Assembly (NCBI GenBank): GCA_018780035.1
Contig: JADMKE010000014.1
Coordinates: 9,271 to 73,270, forward strand
Direction: 5' to 3'
DNA: 64,000 nt
Source of the DNA: Candidatus Sericytochromatia bacterium
Lineage (GTDB): Bacteria; Cyanobacteriota; Sericytochromatia; UBA7694
The notes under the pieces are model-generated. The model ran no database searches. It was not told the DNA's origin and saw only the letters and a list, made by a program, of their open reading frames with translations. A program made the position numbers and the translations under genes. Positions 41,843 through 50,791 of the stretch are shown here, one piece after another; within the stretch, counting starts at the first letter, position 1; every line of letters begins with the position of its first letter.

Positions 41843-42913
41843 ATGTCTGTCATGAAAAACCCTTTCCCTCTCAATCCCCGTTGGCTGGCGACACTGTTGA
41901 GCCTCTCTGTGCTCTCTCTGAGTTTTTCAGCCGTCGCAGCGCCCAACACACCGGCTCCCCAAGCGCCGCCCCTGCAAATCGCCCAAACCCCGACAGACAG
42001 TTCCTCAGAACCCACATCTGAAGAGCCCACCCCAGAAGAATCCGAAGACGCTGCTCAGAGCGAAGTCGAAGAGCCTGAATTGCCCGATTCAGAGCTGGTT
42101 TTCCCTGAAGACGATCCCAATTTTATTCCCGATCCCAATCAGCGCCCGCTTGAAGATGATTTCAACCGCATGTTGCCCACCCAGAACCCCTGGTTCTGGC
42201 GCTTGGAATTGCGCAATCAGACCGAATACAATACCAACGTCGATCAGGTCGCTGGTGGCCAAGGCAGTCTGGCCAACCGCACGATGTTAACCGGTATCTT
42301 GCGTTATAGCTTTCCCAGCAATACCCAAATCCTGCTGCGCAGCCAGGGCTTCTGGTTCAATTTCTTTAACCTCAGCGGCCGCAATCAGCTCTTGGGAATT
42401 CCCCTCTCTGTCACTGTTTCCCAGTGGTTCGACGACAAACTCAATATTTACGGCGGCTGGCTGCCTATTCTCTCAACATCGTTGGATCGCAATCCCAATG
42501 TCATGCGCTTTGATAACGATTTTATGCTCGGTGGCACTTGGTACCAATTTTTTGAGAATAAACACATTCTCTACGCGGGTTACCAACTCGACTATCTCGC
42601 TGCCCAGAGCAACGATTTCTCGTATCTGGGTAATTTGCTCTTTGCGGGTTATCGCCATTCAATTGCCGACAATCTCTTCTTCTTTGCCGATGCGCGGGTC
42701 CAACCCCGAGGCTATACAGCCACCCCAGCACTGCTCGACGAACTGCGTTTTGGCGGGGCGTTGGCCTTACAGTGGCACGTCGTGCGCCCATGGTTTATAA
42801 TCGAAGCAAGGGGAGACTATAATCAGGTTCTTAACATGACAGATGCTCAGCGCAGCGCAGGCATCTTCTCGTTTGGTGTCAACCTGATTACGGCCATACA
42901 ATCTGAGAGCTAG
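41843..42913 (+). CDS. exported hypothetical protein (possible OM beta-barrel)
   Basis: Signal peptide ...SFSAVAAP, an acidic Pro-rich region, then beta-rich with alternating aromatics. Confidence 0.55.
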   Translation: MSVMKNPFPLNPRWLATLLSLSVLSLSFSAVAAPNTPAPQAPPLQIAQTPTDSSSEPTSEEPTPEESEDAAQSEVEEPELPDSELVFPEDDPNFIPDPNQRPLEDDFNRMLPTQNPWFWRLELRNQTEYNTNVDQVAGGQGSLANRTMLTGILRYSFPSNTQILLRSQGFWFNFFNLSGRNQLLGIPLSVTVSQWFDDKLNIYGGWLPILSTSLDRNPNVMRFDNDFMLGGTWYQFFENKHILYAGYQLDYLAAQSNDFSYLGNLLFAGYRHSIADNLFFFADARVQPRGYTATPALLDELRFGGALALQWHVVRPWFIIEARGDYNQVLNMTDAQRSAGIFSFGVNLITAIQSES

Positions 42914-42928
42914 AGGAGATTTATCGCA

Positions 42929-43789
42929 ATGAAACGCATTCTCACACTGGGTCTGGCAGGCATTTGCTTGGTACTTGCGGCCCCCAATGAAACACAGGCT
43001 GACAGTTCTGCCCGCGTCGCGTGGACCCACAACACGGTTCAGGTCAATCGGGCAGGCAAATGGGTCAGCGCCTCCAGAGGCACCCCCTTGAGCAGTGGTA
43101 CCTATGTGCGCACAGGCGCTAATTCCCGTGCCCAAATCCACTATGCGGATGGTTCTGTCGTGCGCTTGGGCAGCCGCTCGATCGCCCGGATCCGCTCTGC
43201 AGCCTCGAAACAGGTTCAGCTTCACAAAGGCAAAGCCTATTTTAAAGTTCAGAAACAAAAGCAGAACATGCGCGTGCGCACCCGCACCGCTGTCGCCACT
43301 GTTTTGGGCACCGAATTTATGGTGAGCGTGGAAGAAAAGGCCCCGACCCAAACCTCTCTATTGCCCTGGCCCGACCGCACGGGTCTCTCTGGCGAAATGG
43401 CCTTGGGGTATTCCTCGGCCCTCTTCCCAATAGCCCAGGGCGCTTTGCCTGATGTCGTGACACAAATTACGGTCTTTCAGGGCCAAGTGGGTGTGTCAGA
43501 CCCCAATCTGCAAAACATGGTCAATTTGACCACAGGCATGATGACCTTGGTCGGCCAAGGCCTGCCCCCTGCTCCACCAGAACCGGTTGACCTCAATGCT
43601 GTGCGCCAGCAGGAAAATGTCACCCAAGAAGGCCCGGCAGACAATGGCAATCAGAACAACAATAATTTTGCCAACAGTGCAGTATCACCCGACAATCCCC
43701 AGCAACAGGTGCAGGTCAACCAAAACTCACCGGGTCAAAACCTCAATACCTCACCCACCACGGGTGAACTTGAAGTGATTATTAAATAG
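42929..43789 (+). CDS. FecR-domain exported protein
   Basis: Signal peptide, then VRTGANSRAQIHYADGSVVRLGSRSIARI...LHKGKAYFKV (FecR fold). Confidence 0.6.
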   Translation: MKRILTLGLAGICLVLAAPNETQADSSARVAWTHNTVQVNRAGKWVSASRGTPLSSGTYVRTGANSRAQIHYADGSVVRLGSRSIARIRSAASKQVQLHKGKAYFKVQKQKQNMRVRTRTAVATVLGTEFMVSVEEKAPTQTSLLPWPDRTGLSGEMALGYSSALFPIAQGALPDVVTQITVFQGQVGVSDPNLQNMVNLTTGMMTLVGQGLPPAPPEPVDLNAVRQQENVTQEGPADNGNQNNNNFANSAVSPDNPQQQVQVNQNSPGQNLNTSPTTGELEVIIK

Positions 43790-43792
43790 CAT

Positions 43793-44419
43793 TTGCTCTG
43801 GCAAATTCGCTGTGCAAACTGTCGGCGCAGTGCTCCTCGGGCACTGTGCCAAGTTTGTTGGCAACAAATCCCTGTTTACTCAAACGAACAGGCCCTGAGT
43901 TCAGAACCTTGGCCGCACTATGCCTATGGCCCCTATCAAGGGCTTTTGCGCCAATTGTTGGGGCAAACCAAATACCATCAACGGGCGGCTTTGGCGCGCG
44001 CACTGGGATTTTATCTGGGGCACTGGTTCAAAGAGTGGGCTCCGATACCCGCAGGGGTTGTCCCCATTCCCTTACATGCCGACAGGTACAAAGAACGGGG
44101 CTATAATCAAGCCGAAGAAATGGCATTGGGTGTATCTGAGGCCTTACAAATCCCCTGTTTTCCCTGGCTGATACGCACCCAAGCCACCCCAGCCTTGCAC
44201 AAACTCAGTCCCCAAGCGCGTGCCCAGGTGCTAAAAGACAGTTTTGTTTGGCAGACGCCCCCCCTGAGCTGGAAAAAGCCAAAAGGTCCCTTGCTCCTGG
44301 TGGATGATATTTTCACCACAGGCGCCACCTTAAATGAAGCCCGCTCCAGCCTGCCACAGGCATTGCAGGGCAGCAGTCTGAGCTTGGGACGAACAGAAGA
44401 GATCAAATCTCTGCATTAA
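43793..44419 (+). CDS. comF: ComF-family phosphoribosyltransferase-domain protein
   Basis: N-terminal CxxC...CxxC zinc ribbon (CANCRR...CQVC), and a PRT motif PLLLVDDIFTTGATLNEA. Confidence 0.8.
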   Translation: MLWQIRCANCRRSAPRALCQVCWQQIPVYSNEQALSSEPWPHYAYGPYQGLLRQLLGQTKYHQRAALARALGFYLGHWFKEWAPIPAGVVPIPLHADRYKERGYNQAEEMALGVSEALQIPCFPWLIRTQATPALHKLSPQARAQVLKDSFVWQTPPLSWKKPKGPLLLVDDIFTTGATLNEARSSLPQALQGSSLSLGRTEEIKSLH

Positions 44420-44516
44420 AAAATCAAATTTGGGTATATAATTTAAATAAGTTTAGTTTTGATGATTACCGAGGGCAAACTATTGGCCTTTTCGTCTGTT
44501 TTATCTCTCTATTTAG

Positions 44517-45692
44517 ATGTCTGTTGCCATGTCTAATCAAACTCAAAATCTGGTTTTGATTATTGATGACGTGCCACAAAATCTGATGGTTTTGCGGGCA
44601 TCGCTTGAACGCCAAGGGTATCAAGTCGAAGAGGCCGCCAGTGGCAGAATTGCCTTGCAAATGTTGGAAAGCATTACACCCGATTTGATCTTGCTTGATG
44701 TGATGATGCCCGATTGGGGCGGATTTGATGTCTGCAAAAAACTCAAAGAAATGCCTCATACAGCACCTATTCCCGTGGTTTTTTTAACGGCCCGCACTGA
44801 GCAGGCAGATATTTTGCAGGGCTTTTTGGCCGGGGGGGTGGACTATATCACCAAACCCTTCCATGTTCAGGAGTTATTGGCGCGGGTTCACACCCATATC
44901 TCACTCAAAAAAGCCCAAGACATGCTGGTGCAACATGCCTCACAGCTCGAAAAACAGGCAGAAGATCTGCGTCAACTCAATCGTGAAAAAGATGAATTTT
45001 TGGCGATTGTTTCCCATGATTTGCGTTCCCCTTTAAACGCCATTTCGGGGGCCGCACAAATCTTGCGCGAACAGATTCAAGATTTAAAAAAACCCGATAT
45101 GGAGAGTTATACCGCCATGATCGAGCGCAATGCCGATCGGATGTTGGCGATTATTTCTCATTTATTGGATATCCACCGACTCGAAAACGGCAAAATTCAC
45201 ACCCACCTCAGTTGGTTTTCACTTCAGGATTTATTGGAGCAAATTCGGGGAGATTACCAGAAAAGAGCTGACGAAAAAGAACAGAGTTTGGTTTTAGAAA
45301 TTGATCCCGAATTGCCTACGCTGCAAAGCGATCCTCTTTTGCTGCGCGAAATTCTCGACAATTTGGTCTCCAATGCCCTCAAATTTTCGGCGGGCAAAAC
45401 CCAGGTAACACTGAGGGCCCGCTTCGGAGATAACAGCCTGGGCGAAAAACAAATCAAAATTGAAATCGAAGATCAAGGGCCGGGCTTCACCGCCGAAGAC
45501 AGTTCGCACATGTTTAAAAAATTTACCCGGCTCTCAGCCCGCCCCACAGCGGGTGAATCCTCAACAGGACTGGGACTGTCGATCGCCCTGCAACTCAGTC
45601 GTCTCTTACAGGGGCAACTCGAATACCAATCACAACCCCAGGGCAGTCGTTTCTGTTTGGCACTGCCCCTGTTTTTCCCGCGTCAGACCTGA
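44517..45692 (+). CDS. hybrid response-regulator / histidine kinase (REC-HisKA-HATPase)
   Basis: LVLIIDDVPQN...DLILLDVMMP...KP receiver, then H-box FLAIVSHDLRSPLNAI, then N/G boxes (DNLVSNALKF, DQGPGF, GLGLSI). Confidence 0.9.
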   Translation: MSVAMSNQTQNLVLIIDDVPQNLMVLRASLERQGYQVEEAASGRIALQMLESITPDLILLDVMMPDWGGFDVCKKLKEMPHTAPIPVVFLTARTEQADILQGFLAGGVDYITKPFHVQELLARVHTHISLKKAQDMLVQHASQLEKQAEDLRQLNREKDEFLAIVSHDLRSPLNAISGAAQILREQIQDLKKPDMESYTAMIERNADRMLAIISHLLDIHRLENGKIHTHLSWFSLQDLLEQIRGDYQKRADEKEQSLVLEIDPELPTLQSDPLLLREILDNLVSNALKFSAGKTQVTLRARFGDNSLGEKQIKIEIEDQGPGFTAEDSSHMFKKFTRLSARPTAGESSTGLGLSIALQLSRLLQGQLEYQSQPQGSRFCLALPLFFPRQT

Positions 45693-47617
45693 AAACCGAT
45701 CAAATGCCAGGTTTGTAGCCAAAAGATATATCCACCCGTGGTAAGCAATTGCAGCAAGCCATTCAGGCGATCGGGCTTTGGCCAAACCCGCAAGGCTCCC
45801 AGCGCCAAAAGGGCAGAAACCCCTGTAAAAAAGAGTTGCAAAAGCGGCAAAACCAAAAGCCCAAACAACCAGGGATTTAAGGGATCCCGCCAAGCCAAAC
45901 TCATTTCCCCCGGCAGCGCCTCCGCAAAAAAGACCCAGGGGAAGCCGATTAAAAAAACCAGGCCAGAACCCGAAGCCAAGGTCATCAGCAGGTAAGGCGG
46001 CGCATTTTCACTCTCTTGCTGTTCTTCGGGCTCAATCGGAGCCGTCGCATGCCAATATTGCCAAAGATTGCGCAAAAATCCCAGACCAAAGATCAGCCCA
46101 AACAGGCCCCAAAGCCCCCATTGCAAAGGCGGCCTTGCCGTTGCCTTGATTGGCAGATACGCTCCACCCGCTCCCTGAAAAGACTTCAGCATCAGGGCTG
46201 ATTTGTCCAAAGTGGCAGTCCCAGCCAGCGGAACAAAAGCAATCTGCTCAGAGTGCCCCTTCAATTGGAAACGAGCGGCTGAAATCGGCTCCCAGATAGA
46301 ATTTTGCCCAAAGCCACCAAAGGGATCTTGGCCCCGGCTGGTAATACTGAGATCACCATTGGCCAAGGTTTTGACCTCCAGCATGCCCCGCTTGAGACGC
46401 ACCAAGGCGGTCAGACTCTGGGTGTGAAAATGGGGGTAACCATAGACCCCATCGGGGGGAAATGGTTCTGAGTGAGTCGGGTTTTGACGTGGCTGGGGGT
46501 GAATCCCCAACCAGCTATCCAACATTTGGCGGGCCAAAGTGGGCGCTTCGCGCCGCAGCCCCAAATAGGCTGCTTTGCCCGTTTGGGGCTGAACCACCCA
46601 CAACTGCGAAAGCCCCATTTGTGTGCTTTCGCGAAAATACACAGGTCCGCCCCTGGGTGGCGAGGCTGGATAGGGCAAAAAACCCAGACTTTGAGATTCC
46701 CCATTGCCAGCAGGTGACTTAAATAAAAGCTGACGGGTGGCAAGGGAGAGTCCTGGGCGTTTTCCGACGAGTATTTCCAACCATTTTTGCAAATCCGCCA
46801 CAGACAGCAAACGTTGATCGCTGGCGGGCGCAGCACTGTACAAATGCGGGTAATTCCAGAGTTGTCCAGATTCCAATAAAGTGCCCTGTAAAACAGCGGC
46901 CTGAGAGCCTCCCGTTTTCAAAGAAGCCAATCCCCAGCGCTGTTGCATGCGTTTGTCTGCAGGAATTTTGGGATTCTGAACGTCCAAGAGATAAGCGGCC
47001 AAAACAGCCCCCCAACTGCCTGGCGTGGCAATACTTCCGGGCTCTTTGACCAAGGGCTTGAGGCCATAATTGAGCAATTGTTCCAGGCTGGGTACCCGCT
47101 TGGGATTTTCGAGCCAATGTCCCTGATAAAACTCAGGAAAGCCATCGCGTTCAAGCATCAGATGGCGCAGGGTCAAAGGCGTGGAAAAAGGGTTGACCAC
47201 TTGCAAACGATTCAGATAGGTATTGATATTTTCATCCAGGTTCCAATCGCCCTGTTGCACGCCCTCCAAAAGCAAAGCCGTGTTCAACAATCCCGATAAA
47301 CGGCCCAAAGGCACCAGCGTAGCGGCAGTCACAGCGGGATCGCTGCGTTTGGGATCAGCATAGGTCTCAATCTGAGCAGAAGAGGCTGGGCCTGCAATCG
47401 TCACAAACACAGCTCCAGGCACTTGGTTCTTTGTCAATTCTGCTTGCCAATCCAGAAGCTTTGCCTCAGCTTTAAATGCCAAAACCAGCCACAAAGCCAT
47501 GAAAAAAAGAGGCAGGGACCGCTGCAGACAGCGCCCCCTGCCTTTGGGCTTTAACAAAACTAATGCGAAGCCAAAATGGCTTCGATACTGGGATAGAGGC
47601 TGTAGTTTTGAGACCAA
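45683..47617 (-). CDS. beta-lactamase-fold (serine-hydrolase-like) protein with C-terminal polytopic membrane domain; catalytic SxxK apparently lost
   Basis: The N-domain resembles class C/PBP-like (AVFVTIAGP...ETYADPK...TLVPLGRLSGLLNT); the position of SVSK reads GRLSG. The C-terminal ~130 aa forms 4-5 TM helices. Start uncertain (47617 or internal Met). Confidence 0.55.
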   Translation of the reverse strand: MVSKLQPLSQYRSHFGFALVLLKPKGRGRCLQRSLPLFFMALWLVLAFKAEAKLLDWQAELTKNQVPGAVFVTIAGPASSAQIETYADPKRSDPAVTAATLVPLGRLSGLLNTALLLEGVQQGDWNLDENINTYLNRLQVVNPFSTPLTLRHLMLERDGFPEFYQGHWLENPKRVPSLEQLLNYGLKPLVKEPGSIATPGSWGAVLAAYLLDVQNPKIPADKRMQQRWGLASLKTGGSQAAVLQGTLLESGQLWNYPHLYSAAPASDQRLLSVADLQKWLEILVGKRPGLSLATRQLLFKSPAGNGESQSLGFLPYPASPPRGGPVYFRESTQMGLSQLWVVQPQTGKAAYLGLRREAPTLARQMLDSWLGIHPQPRQNPTHSEPFPPDGVYGYPHFHTQSLTALVRLKRGMLEVKTLANGDLSITSRGQDPFGGFGQNSIWEPISAARFQLKGHSEQIAFVPLAGTATLDKSALMLKSFQGAGGAYLPIKATARPPLQWGLWGLFGLIFGLGFLRNLWQYWHATAPIEPEEQQESENAPPYLLMTLASGSGLVFLIGFPWVFFAEALPGEMSLAWRDPLNPWLFGLLVLPLLQLFFTGVSALLALGALRVWPKPDRLNGLLQLLTTGGYIFWLQTWHLIGFQV

Positions 47618-48489
47618 TAATCAATAATCTGACCATTGCTCAACACAATCCAAGCGCCTTGGAACTGGTCGTCTTGAGACATGACCCGCACCATTTTGTC
47701 GCCGTGATTGAAAGTCCATTTGCGACCATCGTTGTAGAAATGGTCAATATTCATGCCTTGACGGGTTTTGATATGGAATTGTTCATTGGCAATATCCCAA
47801 GTACTGTCCACAACAAATTCAATGATCTGCCAAATATTGCCGGAGTCCAAAAAGCCCTGATCGACAGCCAAACCTGAATCATTGGGCAGGCCAAAGACGG
47901 CATTCTGGGGGAAATAGGCGGCAGACTGTTTCAGGCTGGCGTCACGGCCCCAATCGTGGTGAAGGGTGCACATGATATTGTGAGCCAGACCAAAGCCATG
48001 GGAATCATGGGAATCGGCTTCTACAGCACCCATCATGGTTGAACAGAGCTGATCAGCGCCTGCAGAGAAGCCCACCGTGAGTAAACCCCGATCTTGACGT
48101 TGGTGCAAGAGGCGCTCAAACAGACCCGCATCACCGTAATAGCGCTCACCCAGGCTCATATAACGATTGCGGCCAAGGATGCTGCTACCGCCACCGAGGA
48201 TCACGACTTGAGAATTGATCACCCAATCAAAGAACAAATCCACATCTTTTTGTGCGAGGTGATCGTTGTAGTAAAAATTGCGCGGTTCAAGTCCCCATTT
48301 GCGGAAAAAGTCAAAATACCAGCGGAAGGTTCCCCAGCTATATTCCTGGCTGTCTTGGCTGCCCATCGACATGGGCAAATAGAGCACGGATTTATTGTTG
48401 GGGTCACGCAGGGCTCTTTCGACAATCCACCAGCGGTGGATTTCTTCACTGCGGTTGTGAGAGCTGTAAATAAAAGCGGTTGGAAACAT
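47560..48489 (-). CDS. peptidase S51 / class-I glutamine-amidotransferase-like family protein
   Basis: VVILGGGSS...LLTVGFSAGAD, the nucleophile elbow G-x-S-A-G. Confidence 0.5.
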   Translation of the reverse strand: MFPTAFIYSSHNRSEEIHRWWIVERALRDPNNKSVLYLPMSMGSQDSQEYSWGTFRWYFDFFRKWGLEPRNFYYNDHLAQKDVDLFFDWVINSQVVILGGGSSILGRNRYMSLGERYYGDAGLFERLLHQRQDRGLLTVGFSAGADQLCSTMMGAVEADSHDSHGFGLAHNIMCTLHHDWGRDASLKQSAAYFPQNAVFGLPNDSGLAVDQGFLDSGNIWQIIEFVVDSTWDIANEQFHIKTRQGMNIDHFYNDGRKWTFNHGDKMVRVMSQDDQFQGAWIVLSNGQIIDYWSQNYSLYPSIEAILASH

Positions 48490-48710
48490 AGCTACCTCTG
48501 TTATTGTGATATTTTGCGCTGGTTTGAGCCAGATTTTTTTTGGACCAAGTTCTGTTAAATCTTAATTGAATCGATCGCTACTGTATTAAATAGATATCCT
48601 GTATTATTAAATGTAAGTTAAATGACGCCCTAAAGTTCAGGCTTCTATCTAAGATACTGACTAGACGCATTATAACTAAAAATCGAACGAGCGAGGAGTG
48701 TGGACTTCCA

Positions 48711-50177
48711 ATGGCAGTTCCAGTAGGCGGCTTCAGTACAGTCAACGGCAATATTATGCCATTCGGAGATCTGGAGCATGTGCTCATGCAATTACGCGCT
48801 CATGGTCTAGATACCCAAGAAATTAAGACGCGCGCATCTTATCGCAGTGTTCCCCGCAATTATGGCAATGTCGACTTAGAAATGACAGCGGAATTGACAC
48901 GCAATGTCAACGTCTTTAACGCCACCAACAGCGCATACAACATGCCTGTTGGCACACCGCTTTTTGTCGAAACCATGCGTGGGGATTCGGACCGCTATGT
49001 TGGTTTGGTTTCTGCCTCGGGTTCAAGTACCCAAATTCAGATCGACCGCGTTCAAACCCCCATGGAAACCCAACTACATGTAGGTGAAGAAATCGAAATC
49101 AATGGTGAACAACGCACAATCACGGCCATCGGTGTGGTTGGGAATGTGTTGACCGTTGATGTGGGGGCAGCCTTTACCAATCTGGTTGCAGGGGTTGTGC
49201 CCCTGGGTTCTACCATTGTGATCAAAGGCCATGATTACGCCAATCCCCATCTCTCCCCCGTGCATCGCCTGACCGATAAATACGGCAGCAATATCATTGA
49301 CGATAACCGCTACCAAATTGATCGCACGACCGGAATTATCCGCTACCGGCCTTCATTTGGGACCTTGGCAAACAGTGTTTGGCACCCCGAAGCCCAGCTC
49401 AACAAACCCTATTATTTTGGCCGCGAAATGGTCATTCGGCGTACACCGCCCCCCGCCGGTCCGGGTGTGATTACCTTGCCCCTGCCTGTCGCTCAGACAG
49501 ATGTTTTTGACAGCGTGACCGGCAATGAAGTCTTGGGTCACCCGGATGATCCGGTGTCTTCTGGCTCCAATGGGGCTATTGCACTGCCTGGGGTAACCAC
49601 CAATTTCGGCAGGGCCTATCCCGATGGGGAGTTCAGCAATATTCGCATCTCTGCGCCAGCAGGTGTGACCTTTGAGGTTGAACTCAATGGCGCCAAATTG
49701 GCGGTTTTCAGCGACCCCACCACTCCCGGTGGCGGCAATGTGATCATCCCCTTCTTTGATCCAGATTTTAACAATGACCAGCTCAAAGGCAGCCGCAATG
49801 TCGATCCCGACATCTATATCCAGCGCTTCCTGAAAGAGGGCAATAACAATCTGGTGATTAAAGCCACCTCCACCACGGCGGGCAGCAATGGCATCCGCGT
49901 GGAAGGCATCTTTAATGGCCTTGACCTGGAGACAGGGGCAATTGCGGGTGTAAAACCCCATTCAGCCACTTCAGTGATTGCCTCAGACTGGTCCGCCTCA
50001 CAGCACAGCATTTTGGGTGTCGCTGGATTTGTCAATTTTGAACTGGGTGACCGCATTGCCTTGGAAGACGTCAATGACGAAGTTCAAAAAATGCAAGGTG
50101 TATTAGAATCGCTCACCACCTTGATTGCTGGGATTGATATCAATCAGTTGACCAGTTTGCTTTCTGTAGTTAAATAA
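48711..50177 (+). CDS. hypothetical 488-aa protein, paralogue A of MAVPV family
   Basis: No signal peptide. It shares the MAVPV N-terminus and the L(T/S)xxLSVV C-terminal segment with the next ORF. The middle is Gly/Asn/Thr-rich and beta-rich. Confidence 0.6.
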   Translation: MAVPVGGFSTVNGNIMPFGDLEHVLMQLRAHGLDTQEIKTRASYRSVPRNYGNVDLEMTAELTRNVNVFNATNSAYNMPVGTPLFVETMRGDSDRYVGLVSASGSSTQIQIDRVQTPMETQLHVGEEIEINGEQRTITAIGVVGNVLTVDVGAAFTNLVAGVVPLGSTIVIKGHDYANPHLSPVHRLTDKYGSNIIDDNRYQIDRTTGIIRYRPSFGTLANSVWHPEAQLNKPYYFGREMVIRRTPPPAGPGVITLPLPVAQTDVFDSVTGNEVLGHPDDPVSSGSNGAIALPGVTTNFGRAYPDGEFSNIRISAPAGVTFEVELNGAKLAVFSDPTTPGGGNVIIPFFDPDFNNDQLKGSRNVDPDIYIQRFLKEGNNNLVIKATSTTAGSNGIRVEGIFNGLDLETGAIAGVKPHSATSVIASDWSASQHSILGVAGFVNFELGDRIALEDVNDEVQKMQGVLESLTTLIAGIDINQLTSLLSVVK

Positions 50178-50209
50178 ATTGTTTGAGTTATTCTTGAAGG
50201 AGAAAATAC

Positions 50210-50791
50210 ATGGCTGTACCCGTTGTAATTGGAAAATCCACTTTTGACTATGCGCCTTTGCGCAATGAACAGTCCCGTTTGGCAAAGACCCTGGTCGTGC
50301 CGAGCCCCCGTGACAAAGACGACACCTCACAAACCCTCGAAGTGGTCGATGATCAGGCTACACCATTTAAATATCCCACCTTTATCAAGGTTTTTTTCGA
50401 CAAACCCGGTCAATTGCCCCGCTTTGAACTGTGGATGAAAGACAACTTTGACCAACAGTACAATCTCTCTCAAAACTTGGCCACGATCGGCATCAACGAC
50501 GATCCCCTGGTTGCAGGTTTCTTGGCCCAGAGCAACGTGGCCGCGAATTATGTCATCAGTCCTGTTACAGGTGAAATCCGGCGCGGTCCTGGTGCGGTCT
50601 TAAATGCCGTCACAGGCTTGGTGACTGGTGGAACCCTGGTGGGCACCGTCAAATTTGACGGCGTCACGGGTCTCGCTCTGGCAGCCATCAATACCCGCAT
50701 TGCAGATATCAGCAATTCCGTTGAAGGTCTGACCAAGGTCCTCAGCGTCGTTGGCGGGAATTTGGAAGCGACACTTAACCTGATTCGTTGA
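50210..50791 (+). CDS. hypothetical 193-aa protein, paralogue B of MAVPV family
   Basis: Starts MAVPVVIGKSTFDYAP and ends ...LTKVLSVVGGNLEATLNLIR. An RBS gaaggag lies upstream. TTGA overlap with the next gene. Confidence 0.6.
   Translation: MAVPVVIGKSTFDYAPLRNEQSRLAKTLVVPSPRDKDDTSQTLEVVDDQATPFKYPTFIKVFFDKPGQLPRFELWMKDNFDQQYNLSQNLATIGINDDPLVAGFLAQSNVAANYVISPVTGEIRRGPGAVLNAVTGLVTGGTLVGTVKFDGVTGLALAAINTRIADISNSVEGLTKVLSVVGGNLEATLNLIR

Noticed and set aside
44420-44516. AT-rich stretch upstream of the hybrid kinase as a possible island boundary
   Set aside because: It is only ~100 bp long, and the flanking genes have host-like composition. It is probably just a promoter region.
48711-50791. Possibility that the MAVPV proteins are flagellin or hook-associated proteins
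   Set aside because: They lack the conserved axial-protein N-terminal heptads and the ANNLAN-type motif. Only the last few C-terminal residues resemble them, so I kept them as an unknown family.
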